DNA of 64,000 bases from Eledone cirrhosa (lineage: Eukaryota), in assembly GCA_964016885.1 (NCBI GenBank), contig OZ024745.1, forward strand, positions 85,374,001 through 85,438,000. The letters are read 5' to 3'. Positions 40,658-63,719 of this stretch are shown here, in pieces. The translations under genes were made by a program, and so were the position numbers. The notes under the pieces were generated by a model, which saw only the letters and a program-made list of their open reading frames with translations, did not search any database and was not told where the DNA came from. Position 1 is the stretch's first letter. Each line of letters starts with the position of its first letter.

Positions 40658-41057
40658 TATATCAAACAAAACACTATACACACACGGAAACGCATGCGCA
40701 AAGAAGACAGAATAAAATAAACAAATAAATAAATATATAAACAGACTAAATAAAGATGGTGTAGAAAATACAATGCAACGGGAGGAAACAATAGCACCAC
40801 TGACAATGTTGCAGATGTGCAACGAAAGAACTTTGATAAACTATATATATGTGTTTGTGTCTATATTGTATCTGTATTAATTTTGACCGTTGGTCAGTCA
40901 ATGGCAACATAGTGTACCGAATAAATTAGATTACCGATATAAAAGACACAGAAGCGAAAAGCGAAAACCAACCAGTGAGTGTGTTCTATTATTAATTCTG
41001 GCAATAATACACAAATATGACCCTCCCCAAGTATAACTATATATATATATATATATA

Positions 41058-41127
<70 letters not shown>

Positions 41128-41175
41128 CTGAATATATATATATCTGTGTGTGTATATATATATATATATATATAC

Positions 41176-41230
<55 letters not shown>

Positions 41231-41278
41231 TATATACATATATATATATACATATATATATATATACATATATATATA

Positions 41279-41734
41279 TTGTTATACTTTGGGAGGATCA
41301 TGTTGCCAATAAGAAACACACGCACCAGTTGCTTACACTTCAATTTATTATATATTTATAAATTTATAAATTTACAAATTTACAAACTTATAAATTTCTG
41401 GTTGGTTGGTTGGTTCCACAACCAGATAGTTGTTTATATATAGTCATAGTCCTTTCGTCACACACTCTGTGACCTCTTCAGTGACTGGGGATTCATTTCT
41501 TTGTTTCTGTGCCTTTCCTTTCTTCTATCCTACGTCATTTTGTTTCAACACACGATTTCAGATAAAGAATCTTGCTAAACAAATTCAGAAACGAAACATA
41601 TATATATACATATATGTATATATATATATATATATATATGTATATGTATACATATATATATATATATGTATACATATATGTATATATATATATGTATATA
41701 TATATATGTATATATATAATCTGTCTATAAATAA

Positions 41735-41820
<86 letters not shown>

Positions 41821-41827
41821 CTGTATA

Positions 41828-41884
<57 letters not shown>

Positions 41885-42428
41885 CATTTCAGAATTTGTT
41901 TAGCAAGATTCTTTATCTGAAAACGTGTGTTGAAACCGATATTGTTATACTTTGGGAGGGTCATGTTGCCAATAAGAAACGCACGTACCAATTGTTGTTT
42001 GTGATGTTGCTGTTCCATTCATGACACCAACATCACAACTTACAATTAAGGACAAAATGAAAATACACACGCACATAGAACAAACAACCAACCAGTAACA
42101 TGTAAATAAACAAATAAATAAACGAATATAAACACACACAGACACCCGGATGTAACACATGCGCAAACTAAGCACACAAGACAAACAAAAACAAGATGGC
42201 GTAGGTCAGAACAAAGGAGAGGCACAAAAACAAAAAAAAAGAATCCCCAGTCACTGAAGAGGGCACAGAATGTGTGACGAAAGAACTTTGACAATATATG
42301 AACAATCATCTGGTTGTGGAACCAACCAACCAACCGGAAATTTATAAATTCCTAAATTTATTAATTTATTATAATAAATTGAAGTCAAAGCTACTAGTGC
42401 GTGTGTTTCTTATTGGCAACATGAGTAT

Positions 42429-42432
<4 letters not shown>
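41279..42432. mobile_element. Solo/inverted pLTR copies of the 5412-6816 PLE family, with HHRs at 41442-41486 (-) and 42250-42292 (+)
   Basis: Near identity to 6340-6816. The 41442 copy reads CTGAAGA...GAAA-GGAC-TA-tgac. Confidence 0.85.
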
Positions 42433-42483
<51 letters not shown>

Positions 42484-42612
42484 CATTTATATATTATATA
42501 TATATATCTGTATATATATATATCTGTATATATATATACATGTATATATATACATATGCATATATATCTGTGTATATATATATACATGTACATATATATA
42601 TATATATTATAT

Positions 42613-42727
<115 letters not shown>

Positions 42728-42732
42728 CTGTA

Positions 42733-43765
42733 TATATTGGTAAACGGAATAGAAAATGCTGACAAATTGTTCACAGTTGAAAAAAGGTTTAATAAAGGAA
42801 TAAAAGAGTATTAGTGATTGTATGGGTTAGTATTCAGTTGTGGTTTTAAGTTTTTAAGTTTTTACCGGTTGCGCATTTCTAAATGCTTTTCAAAAATAAT
42901 ATTGAGATAGAGTGTCCGTGCTGTTTGCTCTGATCTGATTAGTTTTGGGAATTCTACCTGTTTTTATGTTAAAAAAGTGGCTCCAGCGTTATTTTTGTGT
43001 TGCAAAAATGATTGTGGTCAAAACAATTTTGATTGGTCGGTAGAGGTCATGTGAATGTAAAAAGTTGATTTTGCGCCAAGACTGTTTTTATGTTAATATG
43101 TTCCAAATTAAAATACGGGAATACAGGAAAATACCACTGAGTGAACACATTGATACCTGTGCCGCCCAAAATCATCCCAACTTCAGAATCTTTCCCCTCT
43201 ACAAATTTAAAGATAATGCCACCCACACCCAGCGCATCAGCAAGGAATCTTACTTCATTAACAAATACGGACCCCGTCTAAACACTTCTCCCTAAGACGA
43301 ATCCACAACATACACACGTCAACATACATACCTACATCAGCACACATCTCTACCCACATATAAACACAATGACACACGTAAACACACATGCTCTATGGTG
43401 CAATACAAAAAAATATATGTGCATATATATGTATGTATATATGTATATATATATATATATGTAGTGAATGTGTGTATGTGTGTGTATATATATAATGAAT
43501 ATCATTTCACACCTTTTATTGTTAAGATTTTTAATGTTCTATTAAGAGAACCGATTTTACTGAAAAAATCGAATAATGTACACCATTTTACCAGGGGGAA
43601 AAAAATACTGGCCCACCCACACACACACACACACACACATATATACACAAACACATACACACGCGTACATCAACATACAAAGAGACTTATACACACACAC
43701 ACACGCGCACTTCTCCGTATAAGACAAAAGCTGAAAAATATCTTTTGACCTTTGAATGACTCTGC

Positions 43766-43806
<41 letters not shown>

Positions 43807-43889
43807 ATCTTAATAGCCATTTGACACACATCGCTGCTCCCCATTGTCGCAGCATCGAACACCTTACTACTACTACACACACACACACA

Positions 43890-43937
<48 letters not shown>

Positions 43938-44460
43938 TTGTTGTGAAAGAGTCATTTCTCAATCTTGGCGCAAAACCAATTTTTTATCCACATGACCTCT
44001 ACCGGCCAATCAAAATTGTTTTGACCAATAATTTTTGCTGGAGCCACTTTTTTAACATTTTGACATAAAAACAGTCTTGGCGCAAAATCAACTTTTTACA
44101 TTCACATGACCTCTACCGACCAATCAAAATTGTTTTGACCACAATCATTTTTGCAACACAAAAATAACGCTGGACCCACTTTTTTAACATAAAAACAGGT
44201 AGAATTCCCAAAACTAATCAGATCAGAGCAAACAGCACGGACACTCTATCTCAAAATTATTTTTGAAAAGCATTTAGAAATGCGCAACCGGTAAAAACTT
44301 AAAAACTTAAAACCACAACTGAATACTAACCCATACAATCACTAATACTCTTTTATTCCTAATTAAACCTTTTTTCAACTGTGAACAATTTGTCAGCATT
44401 TTCTATTCCGTTTACCAATATATAATAACTTGTGTGTTACACCTCTATTCTTTTAACTAT
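42733..44460 (+). mobile_element. PLE 3' fragment (GIY-YIG C-terminus ~43100-43295) with inverted pLTRs (42733-43095 / 44062-44422)
   Basis: LSEHIDTC...FRIFPLYK...RISKESYFINKYGPRLN. ~360 bp inverted repeat. U3-A8 HHR-like motifs at 42859-42897 (-) and 44259-44297 (+) with GCAA in place of GAAA. Confidence 0.8.
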
Positions 44461-44692
44461 CTGTATATATATATACATGTATATATATATATTTATATAT
44501 ATCTGTATATATATATATATACATGTATATATATAAATATATGTATATACTTAGGTTAATAGGAGTTAGGTATTGTATACCCGTGTCCCATTAAGGTATT
44601 GGCAGCATAATAATTAGCTCTATGCTTTGGAGCAGAGCCGTATATATGAAAAAGAACACAAGAGCGTCTACAACATCAAAAGATTTTTATTG

Positions 44693-44737
44693 GCTTACAA
44701 TGTTTCTTCCTTACGTAACCGTAGGTTTCGTCAGAGC
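44693..44737 (-). ncRNA. Type-I HHR in a TA-embedded element (~44550-44995)
   Basis: gct-CTGACGA-aacctacg gtta cgtaaggaa-GAAA-CATTG-TA-agc, followed by caataaaa. Confidence 0.65.
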
Positions 44738-44992
44738 TATAAAAGGGGTTTGATTGGTGTTATGGACTCTACCAACCAAACATTCAAGAACAAAGAGTAA
44801 AGAGAGTAAAGAGAAAAGGAGGGGACGATAAGTCTAATTTTGGTGCGGGAGGGTGGAGTGTGGGTCCTTGCTTACTAGCTGCGGTCATATTCATTCCCGG
44901 GAGTCGGGTGGTTAGCTGAACCATAGATGGGGTGGCGTCAATAGTATGGTGGTGCAGAGGGTGCGCAGAGGCTACACAAACACAAAGGGCAT

Positions 44993-45055
<63 letters not shown>

Positions 45056-45323
45056 GGAGTAGAATGAAACTTAATTTAATTTCTCACTCTTAGTACGGCA
45101 CTTACTTAAATGTATGTATGTATGTATACGTACATACATATATGTATACAGACGTACAGTAGTATGTATATATATATGCACACATATATATATGCACGTA
45201 TCGGTTTACCGAACATTTATTATAATGCTCGGTTTGTTTGTTTGTAAACAAACAAACAGCCCGAATTACACTGTACAGTGTTTAGGCAACCACTTCACCT
45301 TTTTGTTCAAAACTGACACAGGG

Positions 45324-45366
45324 ACGATGTACTAGTTTCAAGCTTATTAGCCATCGTCAGCATCGT
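45324..45366 (-). ncRNA. Minimal type-I HHR
   Basis: acgatg-CTGACGA-tggct aata agctt-GAAA-CTAG-TA-catcgt. Confidence 0.85.
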
Positions 45367-45767
45367 ATACCTTCCTGCCAGATGGTTGAACGTCTGAAAG
45401 TATATACTTTCCTTATGCATATTAACGGGTGAGCAGTCTAATTTGCATATCGAGTGAGTTCAGTCGGTCGGGCTCACCGAAAACGATAAATAGAATAGAA
45501 TGAAACGAAATTTCATTTCTCACTCTTAGTACGGCAATTACTTAAATGTAAGTATGTATGTATACGCACATACATATATGTATACAGACGTACAGTAGTA
45601 TGTATATATATATACATACATGCACACATATAAATATGCACGTATCGGTTTACAGAACATTTATTATAATGCTCGGTTTGTTTGTTTGTAAACAAACAAA
45701 CAGGCGGAATTACGCCGTACAGTGTTTAGGCAACCACGTCACCTTTTTGTTCAACACTGACACAGGA

Positions 45768-45810
45768 ACGATGTACTAGTTTCAAGCTTATTAGCCATCG
45801 TCAGCATCGT
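45768..45810 (-). ncRNA. Minimal type-I HHR (second tandem unit)
   Basis: Identical to 45324-45366. Confidence 0.85.
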
Positions 45811-45985
45811 ATACCTTCCTGCTAGATAGTTGAACGTTTGAAAGTATATACTGTCCTTATGCATTATAATAAATTATAATAAATGTTCGGTAAACCGGTA
45901 TGGGCATATATATACATACTACTGTACGTCTGTATACATATATGTGTGTACGTACGTATACATTCATACATACTTATATATATAC

Positions 45986-46083
<98 letters not shown>

Positions 46084-46117
46084 CTGTTTATATATATATA
46101 CATATATATATATATAA

Positions 46118-49810
<3,693 letters not shown>

Positions 49811-49811
49811 G

Positions 49812-49837
<26 letters not shown>

Positions 49838-49842
<5 letters not shown>

Positions 49843-50832
49843 AAATAAAATAAATAAGTCAAATGTTTAAAATTTGGCTTCGTTTATTACTGCTATATAT
49901 ATTTCGGTGACAGCTATCTTTGGCTGTGACCTCTTGAGGCAGTCCGAATTAGTGTGGTAGAGACAAGTACACAGGTTGTAGAGGTGTTTAACTTTGTCAA
50001 TACTCTGATGGCAGAACATCACCCCCACCCCACACCCCACACCCCACCACCACCACCACGCCAGATGGTGGCAGGAGGGATGAAGAAACACAAACACAGA
50101 TACTTCTAAATATCAGCAGCAGCAAGACATAAGCTGACCACAACACCAACAACACTATCAAAATAAGGATAGAGGTCAGATGTACTTAACAATAGCAAAC
50201 ACAAACACTACAGGGAGCCTCACCCCAGAAAGAATTTCTATAGACTTTTGACTGAGGAATGCTCTCAAAACTGACCAATGGGAAGAGTGACCTTACAAAT
50301 CTTTATAACATTGAGATGGGTATAACACACACACACATTTTATTCGATTATTATATTTTATTTTGTTCATTTACCATCTTATTCCTTCTACCACTTTATC
50401 ATTTTTTTGAGCTGACTCCAACAACAACACGACTACCAACATAAGTATAGAGGTCAGATGTACCTAACAATAACAAGAACAACAACTACAGATTGACTTG
50501 CCTCAGAACGAATTTCTATAAACTTTTGACTGAGGAATGTTCTAACAACTGATCAATGAGAGGAGAAGTGGCGCTTTGACGCTGAAATTCGTTTGTTTAT
50601 GATTTAAATGATTCCAGTTCCTCAGTGAAATAACAACCCAACCAGGAACTGGGCATATGAGAGTATTGACAAAGTTAAACACCTCAACAACATGTGTACT
50701 CGTCTCTACCACACTAATTCGGACTGCCTGAAGCGGTCGCAGCCAAAGATGGCTGTCACCGAAATATATATAACAGTAATAAACGGAGCCAGATTTTAAT
50801 CATTTGACTTATTCATTTTATTTTATTATACA
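49838..50832. mobile_element. Non-coding element with ~165 bp terminal inverted repeats, each holding an HHR (49889-49943 -, 50723-50777 +), and internal ~115 bp direct repeats
   Basis: Consensus actgc-CTGAAGA-ggtcrcagc..gctgtcacc-GAAA-TATATA-TA-gcagt. Each copy has a different single core change. Internal repeats at ~50168 and ~50447. Confidence 0.8.
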
Positions 50833-50973
50833 TTACTCCGGAGTAACCAGACCAACCTGCGCACCTCGTCGAGTGCTCCAATCTGCATACTTAGGTGTTG
50901 GTATACAACCAACATATACTCAAAATTTATATATCTATATATATATCTGTATATACATGTATATATATATATA

Positions 50974-51036
<63 letters not shown>

Positions 51037-51045
51037 CTATATATC

Positions 51046-53013
<1,968 letters not shown>

Positions 53014-53027
53014 TATATACATGTGTA

Positions 53028-53070
<43 letters not shown>

Positions 53071-53088
53071 GTATATACATGTATATAT

Positions 53089-53156
<68 letters not shown>

Positions 53157-53228
53157 GTATATCTATATACATGTATATATATATATATATATCTGTATAT
53201 ATATATACACAAGTATATATATATATAT

Positions 53229-53277
<49 letters not shown>

Positions 53278-53410
53278 CCTTCGTAAACATAAACTTTTTT
53301 TTGACTTTAGATTATTCATCCTCTATTCATTATTTTTTTCTCACTTTCATCTAACTTATTCATGCTCATCTCACAATATATCCTTACCTACATTACCTTT
53401 GTTTTTTTTA

Positions 53411-53585
53411 ATAATACATATCAACATTTTCTTTCCATCGCACATATTATTAAACCCTTAAATATTATTCTTAATACATATTAACATTTTCTTTCCATCG
53501 CACATATTATTAAACCCTTAAATATTATTCTTAATACATATTAACAATTTCTTTTCATCGCACATATTATTAAACCCTTCAATAT
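53411..53585. repeat. Three tandem 60-bp repeats
   Basis: taatacatattaacattttctttccatcgcacatattattaaaccctt recurs every 60 bp. Confidence 0.9.
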
Positions 53586-53850
53586 ACAAACCTTAACTTT
53601 ACATTATTTTTCTCTTCGTTAATTTTCAAATTCTTTTAATTTATACATTATCTTCCAACGGTTTTTCAACCTCTCTATGTAAAACAATATATTTTTCTCA
53701 GTTATAAAAGCTATCTCTCTCTCTCTATCACCCATCTCTCCTCAAAAAAAAATTTCCCCAATATCACACATCAATCTACAACTACTTTTCATATGTTGAT
53801 TTAAAACTGCACTATCCACAAGTGTTTTTAACCTTCATATCATGTCTTCC

Positions 53851-53921
53851 TATTTTATCTGATGAAAACACAAATGTTATTGCATGATGATATTTGTTTT
53901 TGAAATGCGCATAATAAAATA
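53851..53921 (+). ncRNA. Type-I HHR (family of 38270)
   Basis: tattttat-CTGATGA-aaacacaaat...atttgttttt-GAAA-TGCGCA-TA-ataaaata. Confidence 0.75.
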
Positions 53922-54529
53922 CATGGAACTCTTTTAACCATCTTTTGATCTTATATATTATGTATACTCCAGTCCTACAAACTGTAGAGTGCTTCTTATC
54001 CGATATCTGCATTGCTTTATTGTACTACAATAAAACTCACGCTGGATTGCATCGTTAGACACGATAATTGTTGATCATAAAATCTGAATTCTGACACCCC
54101 AGCGAACTAACCAGAACAATTCTCCCATCCCTTTCTCTTGACCATTATCTTTCACTTACCATAAAATTCTCTAAAAAGGCTACAGAATGGATTTCCAAAT
54201 AAGGACACGAAAATTTAATGAAAACTTGTTCACGTGACAGCCATAATTTCATTTATAACCAACCAAAAAAAGCCTTCGTGAGCCCCTTTTTTCAAGTAAA
54301 AAGAAATTCAAACACTCATATATGAAAAAACAACCTGTGACAACCCCCCTCTTATTTGAAGAACTATTGTAACGCGAACTGGCGCGAAATTTATTATAAT
54401 TATTGACGAACCAATCAAATTACTTCTCGAAAAAACCTGGCATTTCGAGCCACTTTTTCCATATAAAACAAGTAACATTCAGAGACCAACCAGATGTGAG
54501 AAAAACCACAGACCCTTCATCTCAACTCA

Positions 54530-54567
54530 CCTTTTGAAAAGCAGAAGAACTGCGAAACCGGTAAAGG
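54530..54567 (+). ncRNA. 38-nt minimal HHR with compensatory U3-A8 core
   Basis: cctt-TTGAAAA-gcag aagaa ctgc-GAAA-CCGG-TA-aagg. All three stems pair. Confidence 0.75.
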
Positions 54568-54698
54568 AACTAAATAAATATATATATATTTTTTTTAAAT
54601 AAGACTCCAGTTGCATTTTCGATTTCATCTCTTTTTCTTTATACTTTCACTCGTGTAGGACACCTCGGTTATTTTTCATTTTGTAAAAAAAACCTCAC

Positions 54699-54802
<104 letters not shown>

Positions 54803-54910
54803 TTATATATATATCTGTATGTATATATATACATGTCTATACACACATCTATATATATATACATATATCTATATATACATATATATATATATATATTATA
54901 CATATATATA

Positions 54911-55410
54911 TGATGGCTGCCTCCTCGTTATCGAGTATGACCATTGCACGATATACCAGTATTAATAATTATTAATTAATTCTATCATGCAATGCCTGTG
55001 CATGTAGATAATTTTTAAAGTGGGGAAAGAGTGTGCACTGACCCAATCACATGCTCTGAGCGACAGTAGCTATAACCCGAAAAGAAGAAAAGATCAACAT
55101 CATCGGTAACTACTGAACCGCAGCTTTTATATCGGAGTTGCATTCTCCTAGAAGAATGTCCTAACAAAGGCTAGGGATCCTTCACTCCCAGTGGTTTCAC
55201 CATGCAGTGCATGTGTAAATACATATTTACACACTTTTTGATGGCCGTTGACTCTTATGAGTTCTTCCGCCATTTGTCAGGTTTTGTTTTTTGTCCTGCA
55301 GAATTATCCAAGCAAACTTGGTGGGGTTGCCGGTTTAGTCGCCGACGACCCGACCATGTGATAGGTTGTACTGGGTTACATGTTAACACAAGCACTCATG
55401 AGTGACCCGA
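54911..55410 (-). mobile_element. Probable non-autonomous RTE-related short element
   Basis: GC-richer island in a TA tract. The gcattctcctag...aaggct motif resembles RTE 5' UTR sequence. No ORF. Confidence 0.35.
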
Positions 55411-55431
55411 CATATATATATATACATGTAT

Positions 55432-55605
<174 letters not shown>

Positions 55606-56184
55606 ATTAACACATAAATATACATGAATAATCACAGGAGATAATTTTTACACGCGTGTAACCACGCATAGCTGGTTTGGGTAATAATTAAATTAAATTT
55701 ATACCTTTAGGTATGATTAAGCTTCCTTGTATATATCCCATTAAAGAAATATATTTCACCAATTAATCAGATGGTAAGTCACGGAATGTGGATATTATTG
55801 GATTGTCAACAAGGAAGAATAATGTCCAGCTATCCCTCCTCACACAACGTGTTTAAATCCTCATCTGGCCGCTACCACGTGTTGTGTCTACACATCAGAG
55901 CAGCTTCGTTTCAGTGGCGTGAATAGGTATTCGACAACTAGAAATAGCAGTCAAATTCTCTTCAACAGAAATAGCTCTACAATTAAGGAGCCGTATATAT
56001 GTATCTATATCCAAAATTATCTCCTGTGAATATTCATGTATATTTATATGTTAATCAATTTCTAGTTATTATAAAATGGTCGAATACATCTTTGAGCTTA
56101 TTTCCAGGCGATATGGCGCATGCCGTTATGACAGGACACCCACAATTTCGATTTGGATTAAATTCATTTAATTTATCTTAATTT

Positions 56185-56281
<97 letters not shown>

Positions 56282-56415
56282 GCATATATATATATATACA
56301 ATATATACTATATATATATATATACTATATATACTATATATATATATTATATATATATAGTATATATATATATATATATATATACTATATATCTACTATA
56401 TATCTACTATATATC

Positions 56416-56458
<43 letters not shown>

Positions 56459-56459
56459 G

Positions 56460-57745
56460 TTTACATGCATACCCATTCTTTTCGTTACCCTCTAAGAAGG
56501 AATATGACGTCACTTTCAGCTTATATCTGGAGTCTAAAAGACAACCACACCCAATATAAATTACATTGGGAGATCCTAGCTAGGGCTAGATCGTATAACG
56601 GAAATAAAAGACCATGTGACCACACCGCCGCTGAGGCCCTGGAAATACTCTACGCCACAGTCCACATCTTAAACAAAATCTGAGGCAATTTCGGCTCGTA
56701 AACATAAATTGCACAAAACTTTCCTGTATTACAGCCCCACGTTATACCCTAACGGATAGTACGATCTATACGTGGATATTTTACGTCTTGATGTGGTAGT
56801 TAAGTATATGTTTTATTTATACCATTACTTATTTGCATAGGTAAGTACATATTACCTGTATGTTTTGTGAAGGTACGTATACTTTCTCGTACGTATATTT
56901 GATTGTATATGTTATGGCGTATAATTTTATATATTCTGGTATATATGGTTTGCGTCTGTGTGAGTATGAAGGTTCGTACGTATGTAGGGTGTGTGTATAT
57001 GTGTACTTCATGTTTTGGTTGACTTACGTCTCCGATCATTTGTGTATTTACATGTAGGTACGTGTGTGCGCTTGTTATATACGTATTTATTTATTTATAT
57101 ACGTTTATTTAATTATTTATTTATTTGTATACACGCACACGCACACACACATATTTATATATGCGTGGTTTTGTATACCTATGGTAAGTGTTTTCGCGTA
57201 TGCTTGTGTATGTACGTATTTGTATGCCTGTATGTATTTATTTAATTTCTATTACCTCTGTATTGTATTTATTTACTTTATTCTTAACTCTGAAGCGAAG
57301 ATTCATTCGGTCTCCTAGTTAGAATTTTAGTCTACGGCTTCTGCTATACCATTTACGTGGTTTTGTCTTTGCGTGCAATTGTTCTCCACGGTCCACATAT
57401 GACGTATTATCTTCGTTTTTTTCGTTCATTGCCAGAGAACGTCTCTATGAACCACCTAAGAGAACATTAGTCTACGTCCTCTTTTATACCATAAACGTGG
57501 TTCTGTCTTTGCGCGTAATTGTTTTTCACCGCTCCCATTAATGACGTATTATTTTCGTTTTTACCCGTTCTTTGCCAGCGAACGTTTCCACGAACCAAAG
57601 TATCGTCTTCCTGTCTTCCTCCGGTTGCAACGTTTTTTGAAATATCCACTTCTGCGTTTACAGATTGACTTTGTTAGTTTCAGAAGATCCCGTTAAGGGT
57701 GAAATCAGCGATTCTTTGCTTAAACTTTAATCTTTTATTTTAATA
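56460..57745 (+). mobile_element. PLE 3' fragment (GIY-YIG tail 56465-56720, long 3' UTR, decayed HHR-like motif 57676-57713)
   Basis: HSFRY...TSLSAYIWSLKD...YKLHWEILARARSY. CAGAAGA-tccc gttaa gggt-GAAA-TCAGCGA-TT. Confidence 0.75.
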
Positions 57746-57785
57746 AATATATAATATATATATATTATATATATATTATGTATAT

Positions 57786-57843
<58 letters not shown>

Positions 57844-57844
57844 T

Positions 57845-59075
57845 ACGTTCAGTAACCATCATAAGCTAAGACACTATAACTCCCACACCGCGGTACCACC
57901 ACCCCTATCAAATACACCACGCCACTACACCAATAATTACTCTAGTAGCACACCTCCCCCATCTAATCCTTCTAGCACGGACCAACTGCTTAGGTTAAAT
58001 AACCCTACTCTCACTAACCGCAGAAGCAACTGCAACTGCCGGTACCCCAATGCATGCCCATTAAATGGACACTGCCTGACACACAACATAGTCTATAGGT
58101 GCACAGTTGAGACTGCTTCTAATACCAGCTCTTATATCGGGTCTACCTCTAACCTTTTTAAGGTACGCTATAACGCGCACTTTTTTTCCTTCCGAGACCC
58201 TAGCAACAGATGTTCGATATCGCTAGCTAGGCTCATTAAAAACCTTAAATTAAACAAAGTTCAACACTCACTAAAATGGGATATCGTAGCTAGGGACCAA
58301 CCGTTCAATGGACGAAGGAAATCTTGTGATCTCTGTGTTACGGAAGCATATTACATAACTCTATCAAGACCTCTACCAATTAACGATAGAACGGAGGTGA
58401 CCATTAGATGTCAACATCGAAGGGCTAATTCCTTCGCCAATAGAGTTTTTGACCCAACTTAGTCATGTAGCCCCATCTCTAATTGTAGCTAATAAGTTAA
58501 ATTGCTATGAACAACTCGATAATTATAAGTTACCTCCCCTACATTGTCTCTCAATTAAATAATTTAAATACTAGCACATAACTATAAAATACATACAATC
58601 TCTAATCCCTCGAGAAGTTACTTCCCCTGAAACCACCCTCTAATTAGTAAGGTAAATATGCCCTTTGGCAGCCATCTTGTTACCCATAGGCAGATCTCAC
58701 ACAATGCAGCCTCGACAAATGAGTACTGCTTGATTATGGCTGACAGCTGATGAAACAAAGGCACCATAGTAAAAACTAATATATGGAACATTATATTATG
58801 TAACATTATTTTAATTTATATTCCTTTGAGTTCCGATGAACCACTCTGTTTTTTTAAATATGTTAATTATTTTCAACTGAACCAGATCAATTATGATACA
58901 TAGTCATCTGATCCAGAAATATTATACGGAGTAGCGAAACAATTGTAAACGGGCATTATTATTATTAATATTATTATTATTATTATTCTCTACATTCCTT
59001 ACATCAAACTAAATATGTTGACAATCTTTTAATAATGTCTTTCTTGTGAAATTTGTGGTCTTGTTTTGCTTAACT
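57845..59075 (+). mobile_element. PLE 3' fragment with open linker + GIY-YIG frame (stop at 58460-58462; missing from the ORF track because it has no start codon)
   Basis: Manual translation: CNCRYPNACPLNGHCLTHNIVYRCTVETASNTSSYIGSTSNLFKVRYNAH...LKWDIVAR...CDLCVTEAYYI...CQHR. Confidence 0.88.
58830..58950 (+). ncRNA. Type-I HHR (CCGATGA core) with ~95 nt stem II region
   Basis: gtt-CCGATGA-accactctgt...acggagtagc-GAAA-CAATTG-TA-aac. Confidence 0.6.
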
Positions 59076-59104
59076 AATGAATATATATATATATATCCAT
59101 ACAT

Positions 59105-59139
<35 letters not shown>

Positions 59140-59683
59140 CATACATATATATATATATATATACACACATATTCACACACATATATATATACACATATAC
59201 ACATATATATATATATATACATATGTGTGTGTATGTGCATATATGTGTGTGTGTGTATGTGTGTATGTATATGTATGTGTGTGTATATGTATATATATAT
59301 ATATATATATGTGTATGTATATGTATATGTATGTATGTGTGGATGAAGGTATGTGTGTGTGTATATATAGGTGTAAGTGCACTAAATCCCTTTCTATCAA
59401 TCTCCCCTCTCCTACCGACCACAGGGAGACATATGTATGTATATTGCTTCCACCCCCTCACTGACCAGCAGCTGGCCATCTGGCCATTGCTAAATCTGAC
59501 CTTTATAAAATAACCCACACCCCCAAATAACTTCTCATTCACTACCAGAAAGGCACACAGCAGTCAACTTGCGGCTAACAAGATGAAAACTACTATGAAA
59601 TCCCACAATGAATTTTATACTTGAATTTTCAAATCTCAAATTTTAACTCTTCTTATTATTAATTTTTCTTAATATTAATCAAC

Positions 59684-59726
59684 ATTTGAAAAGATGGCTT
59701 TTGCAGACCCATCGAAACCGGTCATT
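59684..59726 (+). ncRNA. U3-A8 HHR, third family
   Basis: at-TTGAAAA-gatgg cttttgcagac ccatc-GAAA-CCGG-TC-at. Stem I is weak. Confidence 0.55.
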
Positions 59727-59874
59727 TTTTATACCCTTTATTATTTCCTTACCTTATAAAATTATATGTTTTTTCACAAAAAAGTATTCTGTCTTTTATA
59801 TATTCCATGTACCATTACCAACCTCAATTTTCTCTATAACCTTCGTTTTGTGTAGTAAATTACACTTTTCATAC

Positions 59875-59983
<109 letters not shown>

Positions 59984-60049
59984 CATATATATAAACTAAT
60001 AAAAATAATGAATAAAAACAAAGAAACAGTTCCTTATATTAAAAAATTC

Positions 60050-60284
<235 letters not shown>

Positions 60285-60305
60285 TATATATATATACATA
60301 CTCAC

Positions 60306-63150
<2,845 letters not shown>

Positions 63151-63329
63151 TATATATATATATATATATATATATCTGTATATTTATATATACATTTATA
63201 TATTATATAGCTATATCTGTATATATATACATGTATATATATATACACATGTATATATATATATATATGTATATATATATCTGTATATATATATATACAT
63301 GTATATATATATATATGTATATATATATG

Positions 63330-63374
<45 letters not shown>

Positions 63375-63410
63375 CTGTGGATATATATATACATGTATAT
63401 ATATATATAA

Positions 63411-63452
<42 letters not shown>

Positions 63453-63633
63453 GTATATATATATATATACATGTATATATATATATGTATATATATCTGT
63501 ACATATATGTATATATACATGTATATATATATATGTATATATATCTGTATATATATATATACATGTATATATATATATGTATATATATCTGTATATATAT
63601 ACATGTATATATATATATGTATATATATCTGTT

Positions 63634-63719
<86 letters not shown>

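Larger units (their letters stand above)
45055..45975 (-). mobile_element. Retrozyme-like tandem unit (~444 bp period, one HHR per unit) plus a terminal inverted partial copy
   Basis: Direct repeats start at ~45060 and ~45497. 45865-45975 is an inverted piece. Another copy lies at 63720-64000. Confidence 0.8.

Noticed and set aside
53411-53585. CRISPR-like array
   Set aside because: Contiguous tandem repeats without unique spacers, in a eukaryotic context with no cas genes.
55320-55410. HDV-like ribozyme at the end of the RTE-related element
   Set aside because: I could not build a consistent P1/P1.1/P2 double pseudoknot by hand.
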